Below are positions 1-8,142 of a stretch of 64,000 nucleotides of DNA, one piece after another. The notes under the pieces were generated by a model, which saw only the letters and a list, made by a program, of their open reading frames with translations, was not told the DNA's origin and did not search any database. Every line of letters starts with the position of its first letter. Positions within the stretch are counted from its first letter, which is position 1. The DNA is taken from the IMG/VR virus record IMGVR_UViG_3300027754_000039, positions 96,001 to 160,000 of that record; one strand, 5' to 3'. Position numbers and translations under genes: made by a program. Source of the stretch: a virus.

Positions 1-1573
1 CAAATGGATTTGCTCCTTTTTCTTCGCCACCTTCTTCTTCTTCACCTCCTCCACCAAACGGATTTGCTGATTCTTCACCACCTTCTTTTTCCTCTGGCTC
101 TTGATTTTTAGGGTCTGCTGGATCTTTACCTTCTTCTCCAATTTTAGTAAGACGGAAAGTATCTTTACCATCGGTGATTAAACCTGATTGTATTTCTGCC
201 GCTTCATCCAACGTAAAATTAAATATATTTTTATATATCCATTCTTTAGACATTATTTTCTTTTCAATCATATCGCCTGCTAAAGTTACTTTAGTAGCGT
301 ATAAAGTTAATTTCTCTTGTTCGTAAATTGTCGACGGAGAAGTCATTGTCAATTCAAAATCAACTAATTCTGCATTTGCAAATCCTTGAGCATATAAATG
401 CACAATAGCAATTTTATGTAATTCAGAAATTACAATTCTTTGAATTCTTTCAATGGTTCTAGCAAATCGAACATCTTCAGCAGCTAGTGTAGCCTTTCCT
501 GAAATTCCTTCTTCATATCCTAAAAATGCTTTGGGAACTTTTAAAGCTGCCATCATTTTATTACGAAGATATTCAATATCGTCAATACCTGTAAATTCCA
601 TACCTGCTAAAGTATCAATTTCGGTTCCTGAAGACCCACCCCTTACTGGTAAGAAATAATCTTCAAGCATATTTTGCATATTGAACTTTAAATTATAATC
701 TCCTGTCTGAGGGTCTACATAAGGTACCTTTTTCATTTGATTAATAATTTTTTGCATGTAAGCGTCAACTTCTTGAGGAGGAATATTTCCTACGTCTACT
801 TTAAATATACGTTTCTCAGGAGCTCTCATTACACGATGAATTAACATCGCATCTTCCATTAACGTTAATTGTTTCCAAACTTTTCTAGCTCCTTCAAGCA
901 TAGACTTACCATAGGGTAAGAAGTTTGAGTCATTAATTAAACGAAAATGAGCAATCTCAAAGTTTTCATATATAATATTTCCTCCACCTAACTGCTTGAA
1001 TTGCACGTGGTATGGATTGTCTAATGTCATTCCTTCTTCACGGATAATTTCATATGCAGACATCGGAGTAACATTTACAATTCCAATTTCTTCTTGAATG
1101 TCTAAATGCAAAAATAAATCTCCATATTTACACATATTACGAACCCATGGCCATAAATTAAATTCAATGTTTAAAACATCATAAAATAAATTATGTAGTA
1201 TTTTTTTAATATTTTCATTGTCACTGGTAATGCGCAATACATCACCAAAGTCATCTTTCATAACTGTTTCGTCTGCATAGATATCTAATGCCGATGATAA
1301 AATTGCGTCTTGATCCATAACTTCATAATCTGTATACAATTCAGTCTTAGATGAAAAGTAATTGTAATTTGGATTATATGTATTTAATGAATTAGGACGA
1401 ACCCCATGCAACCTAGTAAATCGATCAATAAATTTTGAGTTATGTGCGTTACCCATTGATTGTAAATGATCATTATCAACTACTTTAAGTTGATTCTTAC
1501 CCACTTTACGCACGATAACATTGGTATTAAAGAGACGCTTTAATCGACCGTATAATGTTTTATCTGCTGCCAT
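1..1573 (-). CDS. T4 gp20-like portal protein (3' end runs off the window)
   Basis: Translated manually (absent from ORF track): ATG at 1573, MAADKTLYGRLK...YGKSMLEGARKVWKQLTLMEDAMLIHRVMRAPEKRIFKVDVGNIP...EDYFLPVRGG...ALKVPKAFLG, the gp20 portal signature. Acidic tail has a repeated GGEE..ANPF. Confidence 0.95.
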   Translation of the reverse strand, partial: MAADKTLYGRLKRLFNTNVIVRKVGKNQLKVVDNDHLQSMGNAHNSKFIDRFTRLHGVRPNSLNTYNPNYNYFSSKTELYTDYEVMDQDAILSSALDIYADETVMKDDFGDVLRITSDNENIKKILHNLFYDVLNIEFNLWPWVRNMCKYGDLFLHLDIQEEIGIVNVTPMSAYEIIREEGMTLDNPYHVQFKQLGGGNIIYENFEIAHFRLINDSNFLPYGKSMLEGARKVWKQLTLMEDAMLIHRVMRAPEKRIFKVDVGNIPPQEVDAYMQKIINQMKKVPYVDPQTGDYNLKFNMQNMLEDYFLPVRGGSSGTEIDTLAGMEFTGIDDIEYLRNKMMAALKVPKAFLGYEEGISGKATLAAEDVRFARTIERIQRIVISELHKIAIVHLYAQGFANAELVDFELTMTSPSTIYEQEKLTLYATKVTLAGDMIEKKIMSKEWIYKNIFNFTLDEAAEIQSGLITDGKDTFRLTKIGEEGKDPADPKNQEPEEKEGGEESANPFGGGGEEEEGGEEKGANPF

Positions 1574-1593
1574 TTTTAATTAAACTATTTAAA

Positions 1594-1602
1594 ATAAATA
1601 TC
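1594..1602 (-). promoter_or_regulatory. Candidate late promoter GATATTTAT (portal); (G/T)ATATTTAT also at 4382, 11197, 14447/14453, 20825, 22853, 27084, 32088, 35304, 48932, 51463, 51873; CATATTTAT at 43120
   Basis: Recurs mostly 8-27 nt upstream of structural-gene starts (59 nt for the holin). Confidence 0.7.
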
Positions 1603-1626
1603 TATTTTCCTAATAACCAAGCTTTT

Positions 1627-2805
1627 TTAAAGAAGCCACGTTAAATCTTCGTCTTCGCCTCTTTTACCGGTGTCCATAGACCATCCAGTTTCTTTTCTCA
1701 TTCCAGCAGTATTACTGTAAACGCCTCGTCCATTACCAAAATAATCTAAAGTTTTTCTATTTAGATCCATTCCTTGCTGTCGAAGCTTTAAGGCAGTGTC
1801 TCTTATCCATAATCCAATAGAAAACGCCATTACTAAATCGTCGTTATAACCATGCTGTGCTTCAGGTTTTGACCCATTCCACACAAAAACATACAACTCT
1901 TCTATTAATCGTCTAGAGTGAATTACAGGAACTCGCTCTCTCATGTAAGTATCCAATTTGGAAATTACTAAAGGGCGAGTGCGAGATGAAGTTGTAAACC
2001 CAGCTGTCATTGCAGAAGTGTCTCTTAAATCAACATATCTAGCTAATTGTTGAGATACATCTGACAATCCACTATCTTTAGAAGAATAGTATAAATTTTT
2101 ATAGCCTCTGTCAATTGCTACTTGAATTGAAGCCCAACCCACATTAGCATTTTCAATCACTAGCAAAGCGTCATTGTACTCTGTTGCAATATTCACTAAC
2201 ATATTTCCATATTCTTTAGTGGATATTTGTCCTTTATATTCAGCTACTTGCGTTACAGATTCTACATCAATAACATGAAATGCTGAGTAGTCAGCTCCGT
2301 CACCTCGAGCAACGTCAGCTACAACTACATAATCTCTTTGGTAATTTGCTGGTTCCCATATCCATAAATCTCCACTATTTCTAGTTTCAATAGGATCTTT
2401 AATATGAGTTGTTTCATACCATTTTAATACCTGACCTTCAATTACAGAATGACCTGAAGTGATAAAGTCGCAGTTATGTGATACAATTCCATCTACTATA
2501 AAAATATTTCCGCGATCGACTTCTATAATATCATATAACTCTATAGGCTGAGTTTCGATATTAATATCAATAACGGTCACGATATTATTATCAATTGAAT
2601 CTATAATACTACCTATTTGAAGCTTGTTAGCCTCTAATTCTAATCTATTACCAATAAATTTATGTGTTTCAGAACATCTTAATATAATATTTGATGATAA
2701 TGTAATTACATAAATTTTATCTTTTCGTAACTTACGTACGCCGGCAAAATCTTGATACCCATTAGGCGTCAATATTTCAAATCTTGTATTGCGTTTTATT
2801 TGCAT
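1627..2805 (-). CDS. terL: Terminase large subunit, C-terminal (nuclease) part, preceded by a split-intein C fragment
   Basis: After ...IVSHN the ORF reads CDFITSG...VVVADVARGDGADYSAFHVID...LLVIENANVGW...HGYNDDLVMA (RNase H-like terminase nuclease). Confidence 0.95.
   Translation of the reverse strand: MQIKRNTRFEILTPNGYQDFAGVRKLRKDKIYVITLSSNIILRCSETHKFIGNRLELEANKLQIGSIIDSIDNNIVTVIDINIETQPIELYDIIEVDRGNIFIVDGIVSHNCDFITSGHSVIEGQVLKWYETTHIKDPIETRNSGDLWIWEPANYQRDYVVVADVARGDGADYSAFHVIDVESVTQVAEYKGQISTKEYGNMLVNIATEYNDALLVIENANVGWASIQVAIDRGYKNLYYSSKDSGLSDVSQQLARYVDLRDTSAMTAGFTTSSRTRPLVISKLDTYMRERVPVIHSRRLIEELYVFVWNGSKPEAQHGYNDDLVMAFSIGLWIRDTALKLRQQGMDLNRKTLDYFGNGRGVYSNTAGMRKETGWSMDTGKRGEDEDLTWLL
2473..2805 (-). 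mobile_element. Split intein C-fragment (IntC, 111 aa)
   Basis: Block B-like CSETH, block F YDII, block G VSHN, followed by +1 Cys (codon 2470-2472). Confidence 0.92.
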
Positions 2806-2819
2806 TTTATTGTTTAATT

Positions 2820-3668
2820 CTAATAGCTATCTAAATAATCTAAATTATATAAGTCTTCTAATGTTATTTTAAATTCTTCATTAGTTAGCTTATCTCGTAC
2901 CGTTACTTTTGATTCGCCCCATAAACAATCACATTCTTGAGCTGCTCCTTTAACTCCTAACAATTCATTTTGCTTATCTCTCCATATTTGATCTCTGTCA
3001 GGATGAACGTCCCAGCGAAGACGAATAGTATTAAACCTATTTCTACCTTCCTCAGCTCCTACCCATGTTTGATGAAAAAAGTTACCGGTGCCATTAGGAG
3101 TGGATAATATAATTGCTCCTCCTCCCGTTGCTAAAGTCTGTTGCGATGATATCCAAATTTCTTCTACATTGGAAATAAACGCAGCCTCATCTATTATTAA
3201 TAAAGACAATGCTTCTGAACGTCCAGAGTCTCCTGACGATGAAGTTGCTTTAATTTGAGAACCGTTATTAAGACGTAATGATAATTTATTATCTTCTGTT
3301 GCTGGCAATTTAAGCCATGAAGGTAAATTTTCATACATGACTTTTACCTTTAATACTAAATTTTTAGCTACTTCTTGTTTAGTAGCGATAACTAGAATAT
3401 TTTTATCCCCAAAAAACGTCATAAGCCAAAGAGCATAGCCGGCACTTAGAGTTGATATACCTAATTGCCTTGATTTTAGTATGACGTTATAATCGTGATC
3501 TCGTAGGTTTCTTAAGGTCTCCTCTTGAAATGTATATAAATGAAAAGGTATTTTTCCTTTTTGAGGATGTTGAATTTGGCAAAACTTTTTCATGAAGTGA
3601 ACAGGATCTGTTAAACATTTCTTGTACTCTTCTTTTATTATTTCTTTTAATGTCTTTGCTTGACTCAT
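2820..3668 (-). CDS. terL: Terminase large subunit, N-terminal (ATPase) part, ending in a split-intein N fragment
   Basis: ILKSRQLGIS (Walker A-like), LLIIDEAAF (Walker B), ILSTPNG; ends AAQECD|CLWGESKV... Confidence 0.95.
   Translation of the reverse strand: MSQAKTLKEIIKEEYKKCLTDPVHFMKKFCQIQHPQKGKIPFHLYTFQEETLRNLRDHDYNVILKSRQLGISTLSAGYALWLMTFFGDKNILVIATKQEVAKNLVLKVKVMYENLPSWLKLPATEDNKLSLRLNNGSQIKATSSSGDSGRSEALSLLIIDEAAFISNVEEIWISSQQTLATGGGAIILSTPNGTGNFFHQTWVGAEEGRNRFNTIRLRWDVHPDRDQIWRDKQNELLGVKGAAQECDCLWGESKVTVRDKLTNEEFKITLEDLYNLDYLDSY
2823..2927 (-). mobile_element. Split intein N-fragment (IntN, 35 aa, atypically short)
   Basis: CLWGESKVTVRDKLTNEEFKITLEDLYNLDYLDSY*: block A C-L-x-G-(D/E)-(S/T)-x-V. 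Ligating the exteins restores QECD-CDFITSG. Confidence 0.92.
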
Positions 3669-3680
3669 AACTTAATTAAT

Positions 3681-4097
3681 TTAGCGTGCTACAAACCCAA
3701 TAACAGTGGATGTAATTAGAATTCCTGTAACTATTTTAAATATTTTATTTCTTTTCTTTTCTTTCTTAACGTCTCTTTCCAATCCAGTAATTATATCCAC
3801 ATACTTAACTTCTTTTTGTCTATATAAATCAATTTGAGAAGAATAATTAGCTACTTTACGTACGTAAGTATTAACTAATCGTTCGTTTGTGAAATTTTTT
3901 AATTCTAACTCATGCACTAATATTTTAGTTTCAGTTAATTCAGCACGGGTCGAATCACCTCTTAATAAATCTTTTGCTACTTTCTTTACAATACTATCTG
4001 GAAAGCAGTGTATTTGAGTTTTATTTGTAACGGTTTGTGAAAAAATCGCCAAGCTCATCATGAGTAGCGGTGTCAATAGCTTTAATTTTATTTCCAT
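3681..4097 (-). CDS. Exported coiled-coil protein with C-terminal TM (possible spanin-like subunit)
   Basis: Signal-peptide-like N-terminus (SLAIFS|Q), coiled coil, C-terminal hydrophobic helix; overlaps the upstream gene. Confidence 0.45.
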   Translation of the reverse strand: MEIKLKLLTPLLMMSLAIFSQTVTNKTQIHCFPDSIVKKVAKDLLRGDSTRAELTETKILVHELELKNFTNERLVNTYVRKVANYSSQIDLYRQKEVKYVDIITGLERDVKKEKKRNKIFKIVTGILITSTVIGFVAR

Positions 4098-4365
4098 AAT
4101 AATTTTGGATTTGTGTTATTTTATGTTTTGTCGAATCTATTTGACGATCCATAATCATCAAATTATCTTTGTATTGAGTAATAAGACTGTCATACTTTAA
4201 TTGATCTTTTTTCAAAGCTTCAATCATTTTAGATAAGCTATCTATTTCGCTTTTTTGCTTTGCATACTTATCTACTTCAACTGAATTAGGTGAAGTCATG
4301 AATATAACTGCAACTAAAATTGCAATTATAATTAATAATGTTCCTGAAAGTTTATTTATTTGCAT
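4021..4365 (-). CDS. N-terminal TM + coiled-coil protein (possible i-spanin-like)
   Basis: LLIIIAILVAVIFM TM followed by a heptad-rich periplasmic segment. Confidence 0.45.
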   Translation of the reverse strand: MQINKLSGTLLIIIAILVAVIFMTSPNSVEVDKYAKQKSEIDSLSKMIEALKKDQLKYDSLITQYKDNLMIMDRQIDSTKHKITQIQNYYGNKIKAIDTATHDELGDFFTNRYK

Positions 4366-4402
4366 ACCTGCCTTATATCTTATAAATATAAGACTAGTAA
4401 TA

Positions 4403-4651
4403 TTATACTATCGTAGCGGGGGCTGAAGGGGTTACTGTCGATCCAATTACTGGCACCGTGCCACCGCCAGCTCCGGAAATTACTTGTCCCGGAGGAACGA
4501 TAATCGTAGCCGTTCTAATATATAAGTCAATAGCTGTCGCTAAATCTTTTGCTAGCTCTCTTTGAGCAGTTTCAGTGTCTTTAGCAGTTGCTTGTAACTT
4601 TTTAAAAGCAGCGTATATTTGTTGTTCGAGTAAAGGTTTAATTAATGGCAT
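4403..4651 (-). CDS. Hypothetical virion-region protein
   Basis: 82-aa ORF, Gly/Pro/Thr-rich C-terminus, lies in the structural cluster. Confidence 0.7.
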   Translation of the reverse strand: MPLIKPLLEQQIYAAFKKLQATAKDTETAQRELAKDLATAIDLYIRTATIIVPPGQVISGAGGGTVPVIGSTVTPSAPATIV

Positions 4652-4652
4652 A

Positions 4653-4874
4653 TTATATTGCAGCTTTAACTTTATCTAATAAGCCAGCTTTGATAAGCAT
4701 TTTAACAGCTAGCTTTTTTTCTTGAGTTGATTTAATTTCACGAAATGTATTTAATAAATGAGTAATAGTTTGTGCTGTTACAAACTCTAAATCACGTCCT
4801 TCAAATTCATCTACTAACTTTTTAAAATTGTCAAAGTCAATGGATTCATTAAGTATATCACGCAATTTAATCAT
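4653..4874 (-). CDS. Hypothetical protein with MIKLxDILNE leader (candidate internal head protein)
   Basis: Starts MIKLRDILNE|S. Confidence 0.7.
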   Translation of the reverse strand: MIKLRDILNESIDFDNFKKLVDEFEGRDLEFVTAQTITHLLNTFREIKSTQEKKLAVKMLIKAGLLDKVKAAI

Positions 4875-5399
4875 TTATTTTTTATCTTTAACAGGACCGC
4901 CTACTATCCAAGCATTGCAAGTACGAGACCCAGCACATTTGAATTTGTGCATTGTGCAGTATCCTAATTTTCCAGCTTCAATAGTATCCCAAGCGTCCTT
5001 TTCAGCTCCTTCTGTATCGTCTGTTTCTGGTTCTGCAGTTGGTACTACTGGCTCTTCTGCTTCAGCTACAGGAGCTTCTTGAGTTGGTTCTGCTTTTGGA
5101 CCTGGTTCGGTAGAAACTAGTCCTCCTTCAATACAACCTAAAATTCTTGATGTGATATTAAATGCGGCGCAATTATTACAACGAGATGATTTAGCTTCAT
5201 CTATAGTAGCCATTTTCCATTGCGCAGCTTTTGCTTTCCAAAATTTAATATTTGGATTGTTAGGATTTAAAGGACCATATCCGTATTTATCAATAGCAAT
5301 TTGACGATGAGCCAAATTAACTTCGATATTTTGAGTAGCTACAGGACATTTAGGAGTTTCTCCTTCTGCTTCCTTTAATAAATCAACTAACTTAATCAT
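4875..5399 (-). CDS. Cys-rich hypothetical protein with MIKLxDLLKE leader
   Basis: MIKLVDLLKE|A; CNNC...GYCTMHKFKCAGSRTCNAW. Confidence 0.75.
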   Translation of the reverse strand: MIKLVDLLKEAEGETPKCPVATQNIEVNLAHRQIAIDKYGYGPLNPNNPNIKFWKAKAAQWKMATIDEAKSSRCNNCAAFNITSRILGCIEGGLVSTEPGPKAEPTQEAPVAEAEEPVVPTAEPETDDTEGAEKDAWDTIEAGKLGYCTMHKFKCAGSRTCNAWIVGGPVKDKK

Positions 5400-6463
5400 T
5401 ATTTTTTAACTTTGATAATTGTATTGGTAAGCATGGTATCTAATCGTTTATTAACAGATTCTTTTGCATATGGAGGTCCTACATTAATATCTCCTTGACC
5501 TTTTCCTCCTAATTTACTTTTAATAGCACTTAATTCAGGTCCGCCAACTTTTGGATCGAATTGAGGCATATCTTTACGTGCTGGAGCATCTGGGTTATTA
5601 GGCAAATTGCTTAAATTTTCTCCTATTTTTTCTGCAATTGCAAGTCTTAATGCATAAATAGCTTCTGGAGTGCTAGGTTTTCCAGGTCCTACTTTATCCG
5701 TTACTCTATCTCCTAAATCTCCAAGCCATTTTAATACAATATTAATGTCTTTATTAGCTCCTGCAGTTAAATCTTCCATCATTTTGTCATTAAGTAGTGC
5801 CCCGGGCGCTCCTTTATCTGTTTGCTTATTAATATTAGACATAATCATTTTAGCTATATCTCCAGCTCCTTTACCCATGATGTTAGTTTTAAATCCTTCA
5901 GATTGAGATGGAATATCTTTACCAGGGCCTAAATCAGCAGCAATTGCAATTTGTGCCGCTGCTAGTTTTTCATTAGTGCCTTTGCCAGGCCAATTAACAT
6001 TAGTTCCTGAAATTTTAGCTTTGTCTCCTCCAATTGAAATAGCACCTGACCATCGATGATGTCCGTCAATAATTAAATCTCCGGAAGTTACAACTCCTTG
6101 AGCTGTTGGTCCCGAAGAGATAGCATCCGTAAGCGTTTTAGCTGATCCTAATGGATATGACACTGATTTCATTAAATCAATTTCGCTTTGTGTTGGTTTA
6201 TAACCCATTGCCTGTCCGCTAGCTGTTGACGTAGCGACAGTATCGTCTGTATTTGATCCGTCTGTTTGTGGATTTAGTAAAATATCTTTACGTACGATAT
6301 CAGATTTACCTTCAGGGGTATCTAAAAATGCTCTAGTAGCTGCAGGGCCTGTTTGAAATGCTTTGTTTAATTCAGCAGCTAATTCTTCTTTAGATTTAGC
6401 TTCTTTTAAAATACCCGCTAACTTTTGTAATCTAGCGGCTTCTGTAATTAATTCTTGTTTCAT
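5399..6463 (-). CDS. ParB/sulfiredoxin-like domain protein with RLQKLAGILKE leader
   Basis: PTQSEI...LIIDGHHRW motif typical of the ParB/Srx superfamily. Confidence 0.65.
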   Translation of the reverse strand: MKQELITEAARLQKLAGILKEAKSKEELAAELNKAFQTGPAATRAFLDTPEGKSDIVRKDILLNPQTDGSNTDDTVATSTASGQAMGYKPTQSEIDLMKSVSYPLGSAKTLTDAISSGPTAQGVVTSGDLIIDGHHRWSGAISIGGDKAKISGTNVNWPGKGTNEKLAAAQIAIAADLGPGKDIPSQSEGFKTNIMGKGAGDIAKMIMSNINKQTDKGAPGALLNDKMMEDLTAGANKDINIVLKWLGDLGDRVTDKVGPGKPSTPEAIYALRLAIAEKIGENLSNLPNNPDAPARKDMPQFDPKVGGPELSAIKSKLGGKGQGDINVGPPYAKESVNKRLDTMLTNTIIKVKK

Positions 6464-6484
6464 TTTAATTTATATTATAATATA

Positions 6485-6751
6485 TTACCACATTCTACAT
6501 GACCAATAATTTGCTTTCCATCTAGGTCCTGGATTTTCACAATGATGCCTAGCTCTATAAGATTTTCTACGAGCCGGAATAGATTTTTTAATTCTCATAT
6601 TCGGGTCTCCAAATCCTACTTTAACTACATTACCTTTGTCATTTGTTACGTATACAGCACGTTTTCTAGGGCCGCCTGGAGTGTAAAATGGCTTTCCTAA
6701 TTTAACTTTACGTCCGTGATATTCTGCTTCCTCTATTTTTGTTTTAGAATC
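6485..6751 (-). CDS. Conserved basic domain (DUF5754-like) with no start codon of its own; reachable only by +1 shift from the 6744..7172 ORF
   Basis: Manual translation: DSKTKIEEAEYHGRKVKLGKPFYTPGGPRKRAVYVTNDKGNVVKVGFGDPNMRIKKSIPARRKSYRARHHCENPGPRWKANYWSCRMW*. In-frame stop at 6779-6781 and no ATG before the domain. Confidence 0.8.
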   Translation of the reverse strand, partial: DSKTKIEEAEYHGRKVKLGKPFYTPGGPRKRAVYVTNDKGNVVKVGFGDPNMRIKKSIPARRKSYRARHHCENPGPRWKANYWSCRMW

Positions 6752-7172
6752 TTTTTTTTTTCGATTCTTTAAGCTTCTTTAAATCTCCTACTACTAAATC
6801 TGTTGAAGAAGTTTTTGGCATCTTTGCCTTTTTATCATAGTCTGCAGTATCAACACCTTTTTGCTGCTTCTTAGTTCCATTAGCCATCATATCTAACTCA
6901 GCTTCAGATTGTCTATAATCTTCAGTTTCATTGTCAAACCAACCTTCCATAGTCGCTGCTCTATTTAAAGCAGTTGCAACTACATCTTGATCTTGTTCCG
7001 CAAATTCATCAAAAGCTAATTCATAAAACGCGTCCCAATCATCATCTTCATAATAATTTTTTAATTTGGCTTTATTCTTACCAAAGAATTTAAACACAGC
7101 TTCTTCAGAATATTCTGGCTTTTCAATTTCTGTAGCTTCTTTTAATTTTAATAGATCTTTTAACTTAATCAT
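6744..7172 (-). CDS. Acidic protein with MIKLKDLL leader; N-terminal half of a frameshifted gene
   Basis: MIKLKDLLKLKE|A; stop lies 6 nt after the A10 run at 6752-6761. Confidence 0.75.
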   Translation of the reverse strand: MIKLKDLLKLKEATEIEKPEYSEEAVFKFFGKNKAKLKNYYEDDDWDAFYELAFDEFAEQDQDVVATALNRAATMEGWFDNETEDYRQSEAELDMMANGTKKQQKGVDTADYDKKAKMPKTSSTDLVVGDLKKLKESKKKRF

Positions 7173-7528
7173 TATTTCTTTCTTTTAAGAGATTTGATAG
7201 ATTCCTTAACTATTTTGCGAACTCTCATTCTAACTACATGCTCTTGAAGTTTATGATCAAGTAAATCTTGAACATCTTCTTCAGGCTCTGAAGATAATAT
7301 GCTATGGAAATTAACATCTGCTTTGTCAGCAGCTGCTTCTACAGTTTTAAGTATTTTATGTTGCATGATCAAAGCTTTTTTCAACTTCTCACGCTTTACA
7401 GGATCGGACTCGTTAACAAATGCAGTTTTAAGTTTAAGCATTTTAGCTTCTTCAGCTTGCATTTCAAGCATTTTAGCTTGAAGGTCTTCAGTTGCTTTCT
7501 TTAGCTCCTTGGATATTTTTGGATTCAT
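7172..7528 (-). CDS. Hypothetical coiled-coil protein
   Basis: ORF coupled to its neighbours. Confidence 0.7.
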   Translation of the reverse strand: MNPKISKELKKATEDLQAKMLEMQAEEAKMLKLKTAFVNESDPVKREKLKKALIMQHKILKTVEAAADKADVNFHSILSSEPEEDVQDLLDHKLQEHVVRMRVRKIVKESIKSLKRKK

Positions 7529-8123
7529 ATAAATCTTGTGTTAGTTTATTTATAAAATTTTCTTTAAATAAGTTAAATTCATTCTCTATTTTATCGGCTA
7601 GCTCTTCACCTGTCATACCGCCAGACCAATTTTCAATGGTGCCGTCTGCATTGGCAAATGTCAATGGATTACGAAACGCAGTAGCTAATTCTTTAGCTTC
7701 TTGCTCTGCATCCTTTAACCAATTCTCTGCATTAGCTAACATTCTTTGCTTTTCATACTCTTCATATTTTCCTTCAATACGAAGATTATGTTCAAGTTCT
7801 ACTTGACAATCGAAACAATGTTTTTCTAATGCCCAAAACTTTTTATCTAAACGCTTTGCCATTGCTTGGTTACATTTAGGGCACGCAGCAGGCATTTTTG
7901 TTTTTGCTAGCATTTCACGCAATTCATCAAGTTTACCTTTTTGAATTTTAAACCCATTTCTTTGTTCCCATTCAACTCCATGAATGTCTAACCAAGTTTC
8001 TCCAACTTCACGCTTTTGTTCCGTACCTTTACCTCCCGCAAATCCTATAGTTTGTTTGGTTTGCGTTTTATGAGTTCCGTCTAACATTTGTCGGACAGCT
8101 CTTATATTTTGTAATTTTGCCAT
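7488..8123 (-). CDS. Hypothetical zinc-ribbon protein
   Basis: CPKC...HCFDC. Confidence 0.7.
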   Translation of the reverse strand: MAKLQNIRAVRQMLDGTHKTQTKQTIGFAGGKGTEQKREVGETWLDIHGVEWEQRNGFKIQKGKLDELREMLAKTKMPAACPKCNQAMAKRLDKKFWALEKHCFDCQVELEHNLRIEGKYEEYEKQRMLANAENWLKDAEQEAKELATAFRNPLTFANADGTIENWSGGMTGEELADKIENEFNLFKENFINKLTQDLYESKNIQGAKESN

Positions 8124-8142
8124 AACTTTTATATATAATTAT

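Noticed and set aside
2806-2819. Homing endonuclease between the intein halves
   Set aside because: Only 14 nt separate the ORFs, and there is no LAGLIDADG/HNH motif in IntC.
2806-2822. TAG read-through or stop-codon reassignment joining the two terL halves
   Set aside because: TAG is followed by AAT TAA, and the second ORF is out of frame (14-nt gap). Other genes are intact under code 11 and use TAG as a normal stop.
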